Positions 51,131 through 63,117 are shown, counted from the stretch's first letter. The stretch is DNA of 64,000 nt from Vicugna vicugna (GCA_013265495.1 MU058718.1:1550001-1614000), one strand, 5' to 3'. Notes: generated by a model not told the origin, from the letters alone. Numbers and translations: made by a program.

Positions 51131-53310
51131 AATACCATAGTTACTGTTGATGGAGCACCAGATGGCTATTAGGGAAAAAACAGCCGATAATACAATTGAA
51201 AACAGAAATTTAAAGAAACCCAGTTCTCTGTATGAGAGGAGCAGGTTGCCTTACCTGCCAAACACATCCTGGAGAATGGACTCCACTCTTTATGTAGCAA
51301 AATGACTCTTGAACCTTGAGATCAAATGGCTGGGACGAGTGTATTTGAAATAGCCATTGCATAACTCCGTTAAGGCTACACTGGGATAAATTATTAGCAT
51401 GGCCCTGGAACTGTGCTTCATTGTGCAATCAAGAGATTCTGTATGGTTTTACTTTTCATACAAAAGGAAAAAAAATATCAAAAACTAGAACCAGAAAACA
51501 TTTGGAATTTTTTTTTCGTCCATGGCCAGATCTTACAACATCAGTGATTTAAACCAGGCATAGAATATGAACTCAACTAGGCCTCTGATATTTCTGCATT
51601 ACTTGCTTACAGCGAACAACGCAGACACTGGCTGTGCTGAAGCTCCGTAGCACGGGCTGCGCTGGACAACTGGAATCTCACTTTCCCAGAGTTCCTCTCC
51701 CGGCCTGCTGGAGTAACTTAATACTACAGTGCTTCAGTCTTCTGCACCATAAATAAAAAATAAAAATACTCAATTGAATAAGCTTGGAGACTAAAATCAA
51801 AGCCACATTTACTGCCAAAGAAGCCAACTAACAAGGATGCACAGCAAGGAGAGAGAAAGCTATCTTCACCCTGGTTTAAATTTCCAAGAAAATGATAACG
51901 GAGGAAAGAATGATGTATGGAACGCCAGTATACCATGAGCTGTGGCCTCCTGTCCAGAATCATCAAGAAGTACGCACAGGATTTCATAAGTCCATCATGC
52001 ACTGCTTTTCTAAATGGCTACAAGGCTATCCGCCCTGCTTTTGCTGAAAGAGGAAGCTGTTTATTTGCATCTTCTACGCCGTCTTTTCCAAAGAGCCATT
52101 AAGCAAAGCAGCATAGCCACAAACAAGTACCTGAAAAGAATGGGATCAAGGCAGTGGTACAAAGCTTTGTCCCGGCAATCTGAATGCAGGTGTGAGAGAC
52201 ACAAACCAGGTGGCTAAAAGGCTTCTTTGTTTGAAGCTGTCAGTAGGAGGACCTGATTAATCTCATGCCCCATCCCTAAACTCCCTTTTAACTATGTCAA
52301 GACATCGCCTCACATCAGGAAGTCTACGATGACATGGCTATGTGCTAAGCTCAGTTAATGTGGCCCTAGGTTTAAACACTTCAGGTTGAAAGTGGATAAT
52401 TGGTGGTAGTGGATTTTAAAAGCTCACACAGGTGCCTTTGAAAAGAGGTCAAAAGTCAAGTGCATCTCTCCTGAGAGTACTGGTGAGCCCTTCCTAAGGA
52501 GATCAAAATTCTTTTACACAAACCCCCAGGGTCTTGTAAGAACTGTTATTAATTTAGTTCTGTATGTTCCAAATAATGGAAAAACGATACCACATGTGTA
52601 TATTACCAGTAACCTGGGCATATTTGTTCCAGAGAGGTAGATGTTAGATAGATTTTCACCTGGCACTTCTGGATTGCTAATGAAGTAATCCACTTTATAC
52701 CAGGGCAAAACTGGGAGTTCAGGTCAGGGTAATGAACCTTGAAAACAGTGAAAAGCCCAAGGGGAAAGAGAATATAAACATAGGAATGTGTTGTCATGTG
52801 CTGCGTGTATCCGTAAAACCAGAGCTGTGGAGCTTTAACTGCAGCTCAAAAGCCAAATATCGCTGAGCGTGTTTTGACTTTAAAAAAAAAAGGGAGGGTT
52901 ATTAAGCTTTTTTTCTCTTTTTATTCAACATAAGTTACAAAGTTTCATCATCTTAACATACTGTGTGTTTTGAAAAGCACCCAAACACTCAACCATTAAT
53001 TGGTAATTTTCAAATTCCAGTTGGGATGAGTTTTCTAGTTCAGTTTGGAGGTCTTCCACTGCCCATCTTTATTTTTTCTTTCCTCCACTTGTTAGACATT
53101 TTTATTCAATGTGTCTGTTATTCTATGACACTTCAGATGTGTTACTTATTAAAATACTATATTTGAAGCAAACTTGAAAACAGGAACACAGAATTAGGAA
53201 ATTTGATGCTTTTGCTTATTTCCAGTAAAAAATATTTCATTTTATAATTTTTTGTGCCTGCATATAAAAATATGCAAAAGCCTACCAATATATTTCTTAA
53301 AAACCTTTGT

Positions 53311-54022
53311 ATATATCCATTAGAATGGCTATTTAAAAAATGCAGCTGTTGGTGAGGGTGAGGAGAAATTGGAACCTTGTGCACTGCTAGTCAGAATGTA
53401 AAAAATGGTGTGACCACCATGAATCCTCGGAAAATTAAGAATAGGATTGATATGTGACCCAGCAATTCCACTTCTGGGTATACACCTAAAAGAGTTAGAA
53501 GCAAGGGACAGAGCAGAGATTTGTTCACCCACGTTCAGAGCAGCACTGTTCGAAATAGCCAAAAGGGGAAGCTAGACACATGTCCAACAACAGATGAATC
53601 GGTAAGCAAGATACGGTATATACATACAAAGGAATATTATTCAGCCGTGAAAAGGAAGGGACTTCTGACACATGCTACGGCATGCAGGAACTTTGAAGAC
53701 ATTATGCTAGGGAAGATAAGCCAGAAACAAAAGGATAAATATGGTATGATTCCACTTACATGAAGTACCTAGAATAGTCAAAATCATAGAGACAGAAAGT
53801 CGAATGGTGGTCGCCAGAACCTGGGAGGTGGGAAAAGGGGGAGCTACTGTTTAACGGGTACAGCGTTTCAGCTTGGAAAGATGAAAAAGCTCTGGAGATG
53901 GATGATGGTGATCTCCACACAACAAACTGAATGTACTAAATGTCACTGAACTGCATGCTTAGAAATGATTAAAATGGTAAAATTTATGTTATATATATTT
54001 TACCCTAATAGTTATTTTAATT
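53311..54022 (+). mobile_element. L1MB2/3-like LINE-1 3' end
   Basis: 'tgacccagcaattccacttctgggtata', 'tatgattccacttacatgaagtacctagaatagtcaaaatcatagagacagaaag'; TSD-like AAAAACCTTTGT (53299-53310) / AAAAACCCCTTTGT (54023-54036) after TT. Confidence 0.93.
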
Positions 54023-55042
54023 AAAAACCCCTTTGTGCATACATTAGTGGTCTGGAATTGGGGTCTGGACTGGGTGTACTTGCCTGATGGACTGCACTTA
54101 ACAAGCCTGGTGCACTGTTACTAATCAAAAGAAAGTGTGTTTCTTTCAAGAGGTTAAAGACTCCAACTGGCTTGAGCAAACAGATAAAAACAAGGGTGTA
54201 GCTGACATTTTGAAATTGGTACACAAATTCTTGGACCACTCACTCCATACTTATAATTAGGAAAGAATGTTTGTCACTAAAATTTTTAATGAAAATCACA
54301 GGTTTGTCACAGTAGTTTTGCCACAAAATCATGGTTTCACTCAAGAAATGAGGAAAGAAGAGGAAAAAAACTCTTTCAGAAATAACACTTTAATGCAAAT
54401 TTAATGTTAAGCACACATGTTCATGGTATGTAGCAAAACAAAGCTAATAGCATAAAAAGTAATATGACATTTGATTAACTGCTGTTAAACTGAACGTGTT
54501 AATTGCAGAGAAGAAAGACTTGCCAAGGCATGTTAGAGGCTGAGCTTCCAATTTGAACTCGAAATACAAAGGAAATGGCTCTAAGATCTGTGTAGCTGCT
54601 TTACCATTTACACAAGTCCAAGAAATTCCAAGCTCAAATCCCAGGAATATAAGTCTATTTATTCTACTTAAAGTGTTAACAGAGGACAGTTCAATTAACA
54701 GCATGTAACATTCTTTGAGAAGACCTCAAAATCCCTTAACTTGCCAATAATAGTTTAAAGACTCCACAGTGTTTTAAAGTCTGGGAAAGGATTCGGTCTC
54801 TACCAGAAAGGAGATTGCCCTTGGAGAGCTTGCTAAAGACTTTGGTTAACCAAGAAGCTATAAACCCCAGTGTTCTCACTATTACTCACATATCTTTCAC
54901 TGTTGGTAGATCACAGTGGTTCACTTGATTGCTTATAATTCGCAGTATCCTCTGATAGAACTTCATCAACAAGGAGAAAGTTGAAGAACCCAATGCTCCC
55001 AATTCCCACTTTCCCAGCCAATTTTCACCTACTAATAAAATA

Positions 55043-55077
55043 GTAATAATAACAACAGCAGCAGCAGCAGTAATAAC
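55043..55077 (+). repeat. Compound (TAA)/(CAA)/(CAG) trinucleotide microsatellite
   Basis: 'taataataacaacagcagcagcagcagtaataac'. Confidence 0.8.
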
Positions 55078-55239
55078 CAGAGCAAAATAATAACCACCAC
55101 AATGATAAGCAGACAGACTGGATGGTCATGGAGACACTGGGTAGTAACGCTTGGTTTCTGCTTTTAATCCATCTCGTGATTGAAAACTTTGGTAAAGAAA
55201 GGAAACACACAAACACAGATACACCTGATTTTAGTAAAA

Positions 55240-55274
55240 TTAAGGACTACAGAGGATGAAGATTTTAGTAGAAT
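55240..55274 (+). repeat. Dispersed 35-bp exact duplicate, copy 1 (putative donor)
   Basis: TTAAGGACTACAGAGGATGAAGATTTTAGTAGAAT, identical to 58191-58225. Confidence 0.95.
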
Positions 55275-55391
55275 TAAAGTTTGGAAAATGCTATAAATTT
55301 ATTATCTTTAATAAGCACGATTGGTAAGTTGCTAGCTGAGATACTGACAAATACCTTTCCCTGCTTTTCACATTGACAGCATACAAATCTA

Positions 55392-55520
55392 CTGGATTAT
55401 AAAGTTCGTGAAGTCAGAGACCATGTCTGCCATGTCTAGAACTAAATCCTCAACTCCTCGCACAGTGCTGGTCCATGTTAGGCATTCATTGCAAGTATGT
55501 GTGGAATGAATGAATGAATG
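55392..55520 (+). mobile_element. L2 3' end
   Basis: 'ataaagttcgtgaagtcagagaccatgtctg...gcacagtgctgg...gaatgaatgaatgaatg'. Confidence 0.82.
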
Positions 55521-55589
55521 GAAAAATAAAAGCCAGCAAGATTATTGACAGACATTGGAAGCAAACAGAACTTAAAGAACCTTAAACAA

Positions 55590-55782
55590 ATTATGCAATA
55601 CTATGTGCTCAACACCATTCACATGGAATAAGTCATTTCACCCCCAAAACAGTCCTAGGAAGTGTTTCTATTATTATCCTCATTTTATAGTTGAGAAAAC
55701 TGAGGCACAGAAAGACACACAGCTTAAGTGGGGGAGTTGAGACGCAGTCTGGTTTCAGAGTCTATACTCTTACCCATCATAC
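55590..55782 (-). mobile_element. MIR SINE
   Basis: 'ctattattatcctcattttatagttgagaaaactgaggcacaga'. Confidence 0.88.
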
Positions 55783-56787
55783 AAAAATCTTAAACTCAGA
55801 TCGATGACCCGTGCCTCCCTAAAAGTAGACCTTGAATGTGTAACATTTTAAAAGTGCCAAGGTGGGACATGCCAGTCAGAAGTGCTCACGGGCATGAAAA
55901 TGGAGTTACTAGGGGAGAAAATTAGCAGTGTCTTAGTCTGTCAGGCAAAGCAATGATTTTTTAAAATCACTTCCTCAGAACCACCAAATACGAGAGAGAG
56001 AAGCCAAGGGAGCCATCTACTCCCACTCTTCACCCTTTGCAAGTGTTTAGGAGAGTATCTGGCAAAGTGTAGGTGCTGCGTAAGTGTTGTCATTACGTAA
56101 ATGCCTTCTTCAATACAGGTATCGTTCTCTTTTCCACACTTCAGTTCCTGCAGGCATTCAAGGGATGACCAAGTCCATTGCCAACAAGTGTATTATCAGA
56201 AAACGATCTCTTACATGGAGATAAAACACAAATTGGTATTATTCCCGTCCACTTTGACAATGCAGGACAGCTTTTGTATAAAACGCTCTGCTGTAGGATA
56301 GCAACTCAGCTGTTTAAAGGTAGTACCTTGTCCCCTAAGTCCTCATCTGACCTCAGGTTCATTAACCACTCATTTGTGCCATGAATTCAAATTGTCTTCA
56401 CCAGTTTGGATGTCCTATTCTGGATACAGTCTGATCAGCCACTGCGCCTCCTAAATTATGTCATCAGAATTGGACATAATACTGCAGCTGCTTTCTGACC
56501 AAGGCAGCTTTTTAAGGGATTATTAGATCGCATGATCTGGAAACTATTTCTGTTAATGTGGCCTATTATTATGTGATTTCTATGCCGTTTCTATGCTTGC
56601 ATCATGCTGTTGGTTCATAATAAAATGGAAGCCAGCTAAAACCCCTGACCCATTACCATGTGCCTTTTACCTTGTGCCCATGAAATTAATAGATTGGCCT
56701 TAACTCTTTGATTTTACTTTTATTGCATTAAATTTCATCTGTTTTAGTCTAGAGTTTTGAGATTACTTTGTATTTTAATTCTATTGT

Positions 56788-57160
56788 TAAATGTGAATTT
56801 TACAAGAAAGAGAGTGAAATTTAAGTTTTCAGGGCCCCTCACTTGCACAGATCCCTTCTAAGACCCTGGGTGGGGCCCTAGCAGTGTGTGCGTATAGTCA
56901 AAGTTTTGGTAGAATTAGCATAAATATGACATCTTAACTCCAATCAGTTTCTGATCCTCCCCCTCCATTTTCCCCTCTGTCTGTTTCATTCTGTTTAGAA
57001 TGAAAAAGGAAATCACAACAAATTACAAATCTTAAAAAGCTGACATTCCACAAGCATCACAAAATCCAGGAAAATAACATCATATTTTTATTAATTCACT
57101 CCTTAGGGACTTTTATTTCTTTTTTTTCCCTACAGTTTTCTTGCTTTATCCTCTTTGAGG
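56788..57160. mobile_element. hAT-Tip100 DNA transposon fragments (Zaphod/MER115-like)
   Basis: 'tcagggcccctcacttgcacagatcccttctaagaccctgggtggggccctagca' and 'ttagaatgaaaaaggaaatcacaacaaattacaaat...catcacaaaatccag' resemble the two Zaphod ends as recalled. Confidence 0.65.
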
Positions 57161-58190
57161 GCAGGTTTATGTCATTTGGGTCTGCATAAAGGCCTCCTCC
57201 AATAGCGATTTACTGATTGAGTAATAAATAAACATATAATAAAATCTCAGCAAACTGAAAAAATTGAGTCAAACTAGTCTAAGTAGACAATGTGAATTAC
57301 AGAATTTGTAAATTGCCTGAATTTCCAGTGCTCTTCAATATATATTACTAAGGCAGAACTAAATTATAAATGTATACTCTAAAGGCAAAGTTAAATTTAT
57401 AAGACTACCTCATATAATAATATAACGTAAGTATCAAAATGTCTTTAACACAAAAAATTAATAATGCAATAACTGGCTTGGTTGAGCCATTTACTTTGAT
57501 AAAGAATATTTGAGTTGAAATTAATTTTGAAAGCTTTATTTAATAAAATCATATTTTGTGATGGAACTATTGCTAATATTGTAATTATGGTTTTCAATTC
57601 ATAGTTTATTGCATATCTGGATGGGTCTGTTATATTTTCTAGAGGTTATATTTAAAATGTAAAACTTATTTAATATGTGATTTCAAGAATACAGGATTTA
57701 ATGGTAAGTCATTTATTAGTATATACTGATTTAACTTAGCTTCATATAGTAAGCTGAATGAAAAGTAATTATTTTGAAGTTAGATTTCTACCCATAGTAA
57801 TCAATATCAATCACGAAAATTAGCATCTATTCCCAAACATGGAATTTCTCAGACTCTTCATTATAGACAGTGTTAAATCAGAGCCAAAAATTCATAAGTA
57901 AAATTTGTAACTAAATAGAATTTAAAATATTTGGGGAGCTGGCAATTTGTAGGAAAACTATAGTGAATCCTTCTGCAATCTTTCCTCCAAGTGTGAAATT
58001 TATATATTTGTAAAAGAGACTCATGATCAGAGAAAGGCAACTAAATGTCTTCGGCACTATCAAGGGCTCTTCCTTCTAATATTAATCAACAGTGAGGCAA
58101 TCAACACAAGGCCTCGGGACAGCTGGGAAACCTTGATGCAGACCTCAAGGCTGCTGCAGGGCAGCGGGATGTAGGGTTCCATCTCATTTC

Positions 58191-58225
58191 TTAAGGACTA
58201 CAGAGGATGAAGATTTTAGTAGAAT
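58191..58225 (+). repeat. Dispersed 35-bp exact duplicate, copy 2, inside a 13-bp direct repeat
   Basis: Identical to 55240-55274; ATCTCATTTCTTA at 58181-58193 and 58224-58236. Confidence 0.95.
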
Positions 58226-58389
58226 CTCATTTCTTACACTCCGTCAGCTCACCAGCCTCTTTGATCCAGCTATTTCTGGTGATAATGACACCCATTTTTG
58301 TTTCATTTGCTTACACACTAAAGTTTTTCATTGTTTTGGTTCAGTGAATTACTCAATAAAATAAAGTTTTTACAAAGCCCTAACTAGAT

Positions 58390-58547
58390 GAGCAGTTCTC
58401 AACCCGACTGGCAGATTCCAAACCCCGGGGGAGATTTTTATAAAACTGATGTCTGGACTCCACCAGCCTCTCTTGTGTCGTTGGGTCCCAGCATCATAAA
58501 GAGCTGCCAGGTGATTCAAACATGAATCCAGGACTGAGAACCAGGCA
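58390..58547. mobile_element. MER5A-like hAT-Charlie MITE
   Basis: 'gttctcaacc' ... 'ccaggtgattcaaacatgaatccaggactgagaacca'. Confidence 0.8.
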
Positions 58548-58890
58548 GTAGAATAATGAAGACCCTGTCTGGGTGAGGCCGGCACAGCAGAGCAGCAGTT
58601 CATGTTGTTACACTCTTTAGAGCACAGTCAGTTTAGAAAGGGTGACCATGAAGGCTTGCCAATAAATCCCAATGACCCTAAGGGTCCCAAACTCAAATCT
58701 AGAAGGGCTGGAGGAAAAACAAAGAAAAACAAAAACCATTAAGGATTCCCACGGTGGCAGTGGCGGTGGCGAACAGGAGACAGTGCGTCATCTAAAGGGG
58801 GCATCTGTGACTCACCCCTTGTCGTTTACTACCACACAGAATGTGAGAACGTGTAGCTGCATACTCTAATCTTCAAGAGAAATCAGGTAG

Positions 58891-58892
<2 letters not shown>

Positions 58893-58928
<36 letters not shown>
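58893..58928 (+). repeat. (GT)18 microsatellite
   Basis: Directly visible, uninterrupted. Confidence 0.95.
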
Positions 58929-58930
<2 letters not shown>

Positions 58931-59599
58931 AAGAGAGAGAGAAATCTCCCGATTTTTAAATGATAGTTCAAAAAATGTTATAAAGTTGAAAAACCAAAGA
59001 AGCACGCCTGCCAAGTGGACTGGAGCTCATGCTACGCACAACCCGGGCCCACTTCCAAGTGCCCGAGCTGTGGGATCAAGGCATACACCCCGTGGGGCTG
59101 CAGGGCCCTGAGCTTTCTGCCTGAATTTTCAGTCCTGTACCAAGGACCAAAAAGGAACAAATTAGACCCTGAACATGAGACATACAACAAAAGTAAACAT
59201 TTATCCACACTGTCATTTATCCCTTAAAAATATTACCTCACTCTACCATTAAAAAAGAAAATGAGTGCTTACTTAAAAACCACATTAAAGTCATTTTGAG
59301 AGACGTGAGATCATAAAATTCTGTTCTAAAAGTGGACACAGCAGTGGAACACACATATCACGAGGGGTGTCCATCCAGACTTGCCCAAGAATGGGAGTGC
59401 TAATCCAAACGGAGCAGATGGCTACCTCTTTATCGACAGATAATAGAAAAGTCTATCGTACTTATAAGAAAAAAAATTAATAGGCAAAATGTAAAAATTG
59501 CACCAACCAAAGCTCAAAAGTAAGACAGCTGTTTTCAGTGATACATTTTTTTCAGTTTCCAAAGATTTTTATAATAGTATTTATATGTCTAAACTAATA

Positions 59600-59805
59600 G
59601 TAGGGGCTAGGCAATCAGGCCGTATCCCAGCTCCTCCAGTTACTGACTGCGTCACTACAAACAGATTGCTTTGCCTCTCTCAACTCAGTCACCAAATGCA
59701 TCAAAGAAAATGATAATACCTGAATACCTGTGATTGCTCAAAAATTAAATTAGGTAATGCAATTGAAAGTGGCTTACATGTAGTAGATGCTAAATTAACA
59801 TTTGG
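59600..59805 (+). mobile_element. MIR SINE
   Basis: 'atcccagctcctccagttactgactgcgt...aatgataatacct...attaaattaggtaatgca'. Confidence 0.7.
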
Positions 59806-60034
59806 CTTAGTGTTGTAAATGGTAATTATATAGGCATTGACATATAAAATGGCCACAGTTTATGAGGGACTCTGAGATTTCCATCATTCATTTTCCACTT
59901 CTTTACTATCTTATAAGGTCTCTGAATTCAGTCTGTGACGTTAACTGAGCTCCAAATCATGTTCAAGCTAATGTGTTCAGAACTGTAGAGATGGAAAGAA
60001 GATCAATATAGGTCTTTCCGTTAAAGAATGTATA

Positions 60035-60910
60035 TTTTATTCATTTTATTTATCCATCAAACATTCAGTGAGCACCTACCATGTGCCAGGCACTGTTCTA
60101 GACAACGAGGACACATCGCTGAATAAGACAAAAACTATTCCAGCACTCATGAAGCTTCAAATATAGTGGAACTAGTGAAATGATGAACAAGTAAGAAAAT
60201 TAAGTAGTAACAGATGCTCCAAAAATATAGCGGGCTTATGTACTGGAGAGTGATTGGGTGATGACTGTAAATTAGGTGATCAGCCCAGAAAGGACTCTCT
60301 TAAATGACACAAGAAAGCTAGTCATGCAGAGCTAGTTTGGGGAAGAGTGTGCCCCTTTGATGGGAAGAGCCTGGCCTGTCTGGAGGGCGTCACTAGGGCA
60401 CATGGAGCACAAGGAATGGGCAGAGGGGAGAGCTGGGTGGGGTGAAGAGGTAAGCAGGCCATCACACAGGGACTCATAGCCAGAGTGAGGACCTGAACTT
60501 CACTGCAGCAGCGAAAGTAAACACCCAATTACAATACTGAGGAGTATTAATTAAGTGCTATAAAAGCAACGTGCTGTGGAAACCCAGAAAAAGGCCGTTG
60601 ATTCTGCATGGCTAGAGGAGGGTGCGGAAAGCTTCTGGATAAGTGGATTTGAACTGGCCCTTAGAGGACAACAGGACTTAAAATGTAAACAGGCAGAGAA
60701 CAGGGAAAAGGGCATCCCAGGCTGGGAAAACTGGAAAACAAAGAACGCATGCCTTGGGTGGTCTGGGATGGCTGGCCTGGGAACCTAGAGAAGTGTGGAG
60801 GTACATCAAGCTGAAAAGGTAGAATCCTAGGTGGGGGGAAGGGTCTTTAATGCAGATGGCGGGCAGAGGGCCTTGTCCAGAGATAGGAGAAGCCACGTCG
60901 AGTGCAGCCT
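60035..60910 (-). mobile_element. L2 fragments (3' end at ~60040; probably two pieces)
   Basis: 'caaacattcagtgagcacctaccatgtgccaggcactgttctag', 'atttgaactggcccttagaggacaacagga'. Confidence 0.8.
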
Positions 60911-61369
60911 CCTGAAGCAGTAGGGGTATGTCGATGTCATAGTGATGTGCACACTGGAGTGCCCACGCTCTATCTGTGGACTATTTAGACACCGAGACTG
61001 ATTGTGAGCATCACTTTAATGCTCCACCATTGTTACCTGGGCATCTTTAGGCCCTGCATGCACTTGTGTATTCTAAAACACGTGCAAGTGACGTCTAAGA
61101 AAGCAATCCAACAATACAAATCAGGATTTCTAAGGCACAAACTCTTTGGTCCAGCATTTACTCCTTTAGTAATTAATACACAGCCTGTAGGAATACTCAC
61201 CCAAGTACACAAATGCAAGATGTTCATCCAGGAGCGACGAGACCATCACTCGGAAGTCCTGGGAGCCACCCCTGCACATTCGACATCATGAAAAAAAGCA
61301 GGAGGTGCTGAGGAACGGGAAACCAAGGAATAATCTGAAAACGCAATCTCCAGCCTGGACCATTTAAAT

Positions 61370-61740
61370 CAGTGTTATTCAAACTGTAGGTCACAATCCA
61401 TTAGTTGGTGATAACATCAATCCAGGGGGTGGTCACTGACATTTTGTTTTTAATTTAAAAGAATACTGGGATATTGTGCTGTACACCAGAAATTGACATA
61501 TTGTAATTGACTGTACTTTAATAAGAAAATAAATTTAAATAAATAAACAAATAATAAAAGAATAGAGTAAAATGGAGCAGAACAGAAAGCATTAGCACGA
61601 ATTCAACATAGTAAGTGTTGTGTTTCCTAAAAGACTGTTTGCATTTTTCACACATACACACAAAGGCATTTGTGTACTGCATTGTGATGTGAGATGTGTC
61701 TCTTACTGTGGGTCGTAATTTTAAAAATGAGAAATATTAG
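61370..61740. mobile_element. hAT-Charlie MITE (MER106/Charlie10-like), interrupted by an L1 stub
   Basis: 'cagtgttattcaaactgtaggtcacaatccattag' ... 'tcttactgtgggtcg'. Confidence 0.7.
61466..61555 (+). mobile_element. Younger L1 3' stub (~90 bp)
   Basis: 'tgtgctgtacaccagaaattgacatattgtaattgactgtactttaat' plus A-rich tail; TSD AAAAGAATA at 61457-61465 / 61556-61564 at a TT/AAAA site. Confidence 0.85.
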
Positions 61741-63117
61741 TCAACATTATTTGGGGGGACTCATGTTAAACCAGAACTCTATTTTCTTAACTCACTGATA
61801 GCAGGTGGGAACTTATTAGAAAAACGCACTCAGTTATATATGTATGTAAAAATATGCCATCTGTAGGGCTGTGAAGAGGTCCAACACTTAATCATGCATA
61901 ATCATGCATGTTATAAAAGGAGAGAACTTTGATTTTGTATTTTATATACTTTCATACCATATGCCTTTATATACTTCTATATTGCAATTTTTAAATTAAA
62001 GAAAAAGAGGTGGTTAAGAATACTCTGCCTATTGAGTACTCAGTCAATTGACATGAAATATGCAGATGTCTTTCAGCCAGAAGACAGAGGGAAATGAGAG
62101 GGAAGGCAGCCATGCTCTAACCATGGAAAGTTGGTGTTAGGTTGGCAGGAATGTGAGTGATAGAAGTCAATGTGTGGCCTATTTACTTATGTCCCACCTA
62201 ATTTATAAAATGATTCAAGGCAGTTAGTTGTTTGGGGACAGCCCAAAGACATGGCGAAAGACAGTCTGAGAAAAAAAAAAAATCTTAGAAGAAAACCTGG
62301 CGCTAGAAGGGAGACTTGGAAAGTGGGAGGAGACTTGAGACTCAGGGTAAAAGTAGGAGATGTAATGGGCACACCTGCTGTGTGGATGAGACATTCACGT
62401 TCATGGGCCAGACCCTGGAGAGTGCTGGGGCGCTCAGAGCTTACCTGTCTGCCTCTCCCTTCTTTCTGATATGCTGATTGAACAGCCTCATGTCCGGCTG
62501 GCTCGCGCTCGCAGCAGATATGTTAGTATCTTCCATTAGATCTCATCTAAGAAGCAGTGTGGATCATACTGGCTGGTGCATAATTGCTTAGGTTTGCATT
62601 AAACCACCTCTCATGACTGACGATACCAGGCATTGATAGTCTACTAGCTGGCCTGTCCTGCTGTTCCCAACTAGTTCTGTGGCCTCTTAACTTTCCCAGT
62701 GTGTACCGATTGAAAAATGGTCTTTCTGTGTATTCGGTGCTTGCTGGCTTGGCGGTGATAGCACAGATTCCTTTTTATTAGCAATAATATAAACTTGAAT
62801 GGCAATTATACTACCTTTTTGAAGCTGGACACAGCCAAGTTCCAGGACGCTGAGATGTTCTAAGCAGCACTTCCAGAGGGAGCAAGCGTCTGTGTCCTGG
62901 GTTCTGATGAAAATGGGCAAAAAGTGCAAGGTCTCAAGTACATGCATCCTTACCCACTGGGGTAGACCGACCCCAAGTTAAGCCTTTGCAATTTTTTTGG
63001 TCAAAGTTAGAAAATCAGTTTAACAGTGGAAATGGTAAAGTACTTTCCTAACTAAATATAAAACCACAAATCCTCATCATATCACTTTACACAAGGAATT
63101 ACTTGTAAGTAGCAAAC

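Noticed and set aside
51621..51643. REST/RE1 site
   Set aside because: Only the TTCAGCAC half is present; the GGACAG half is absent at the right spacing.
56215..56290. Possible 76-nt minus-strand exon (ctacag| … CAT|GTAAGA)
   Set aside because: Weak polypyrimidine tract, suboptimal donor, and no recognisable peptide in any frame.
11980..58815. Scattered AP-1 (TGASTCA) sites
   Set aside because: About a dozen in 64 kb is close to random expectation for a 7-mer, and several lie in repeats.
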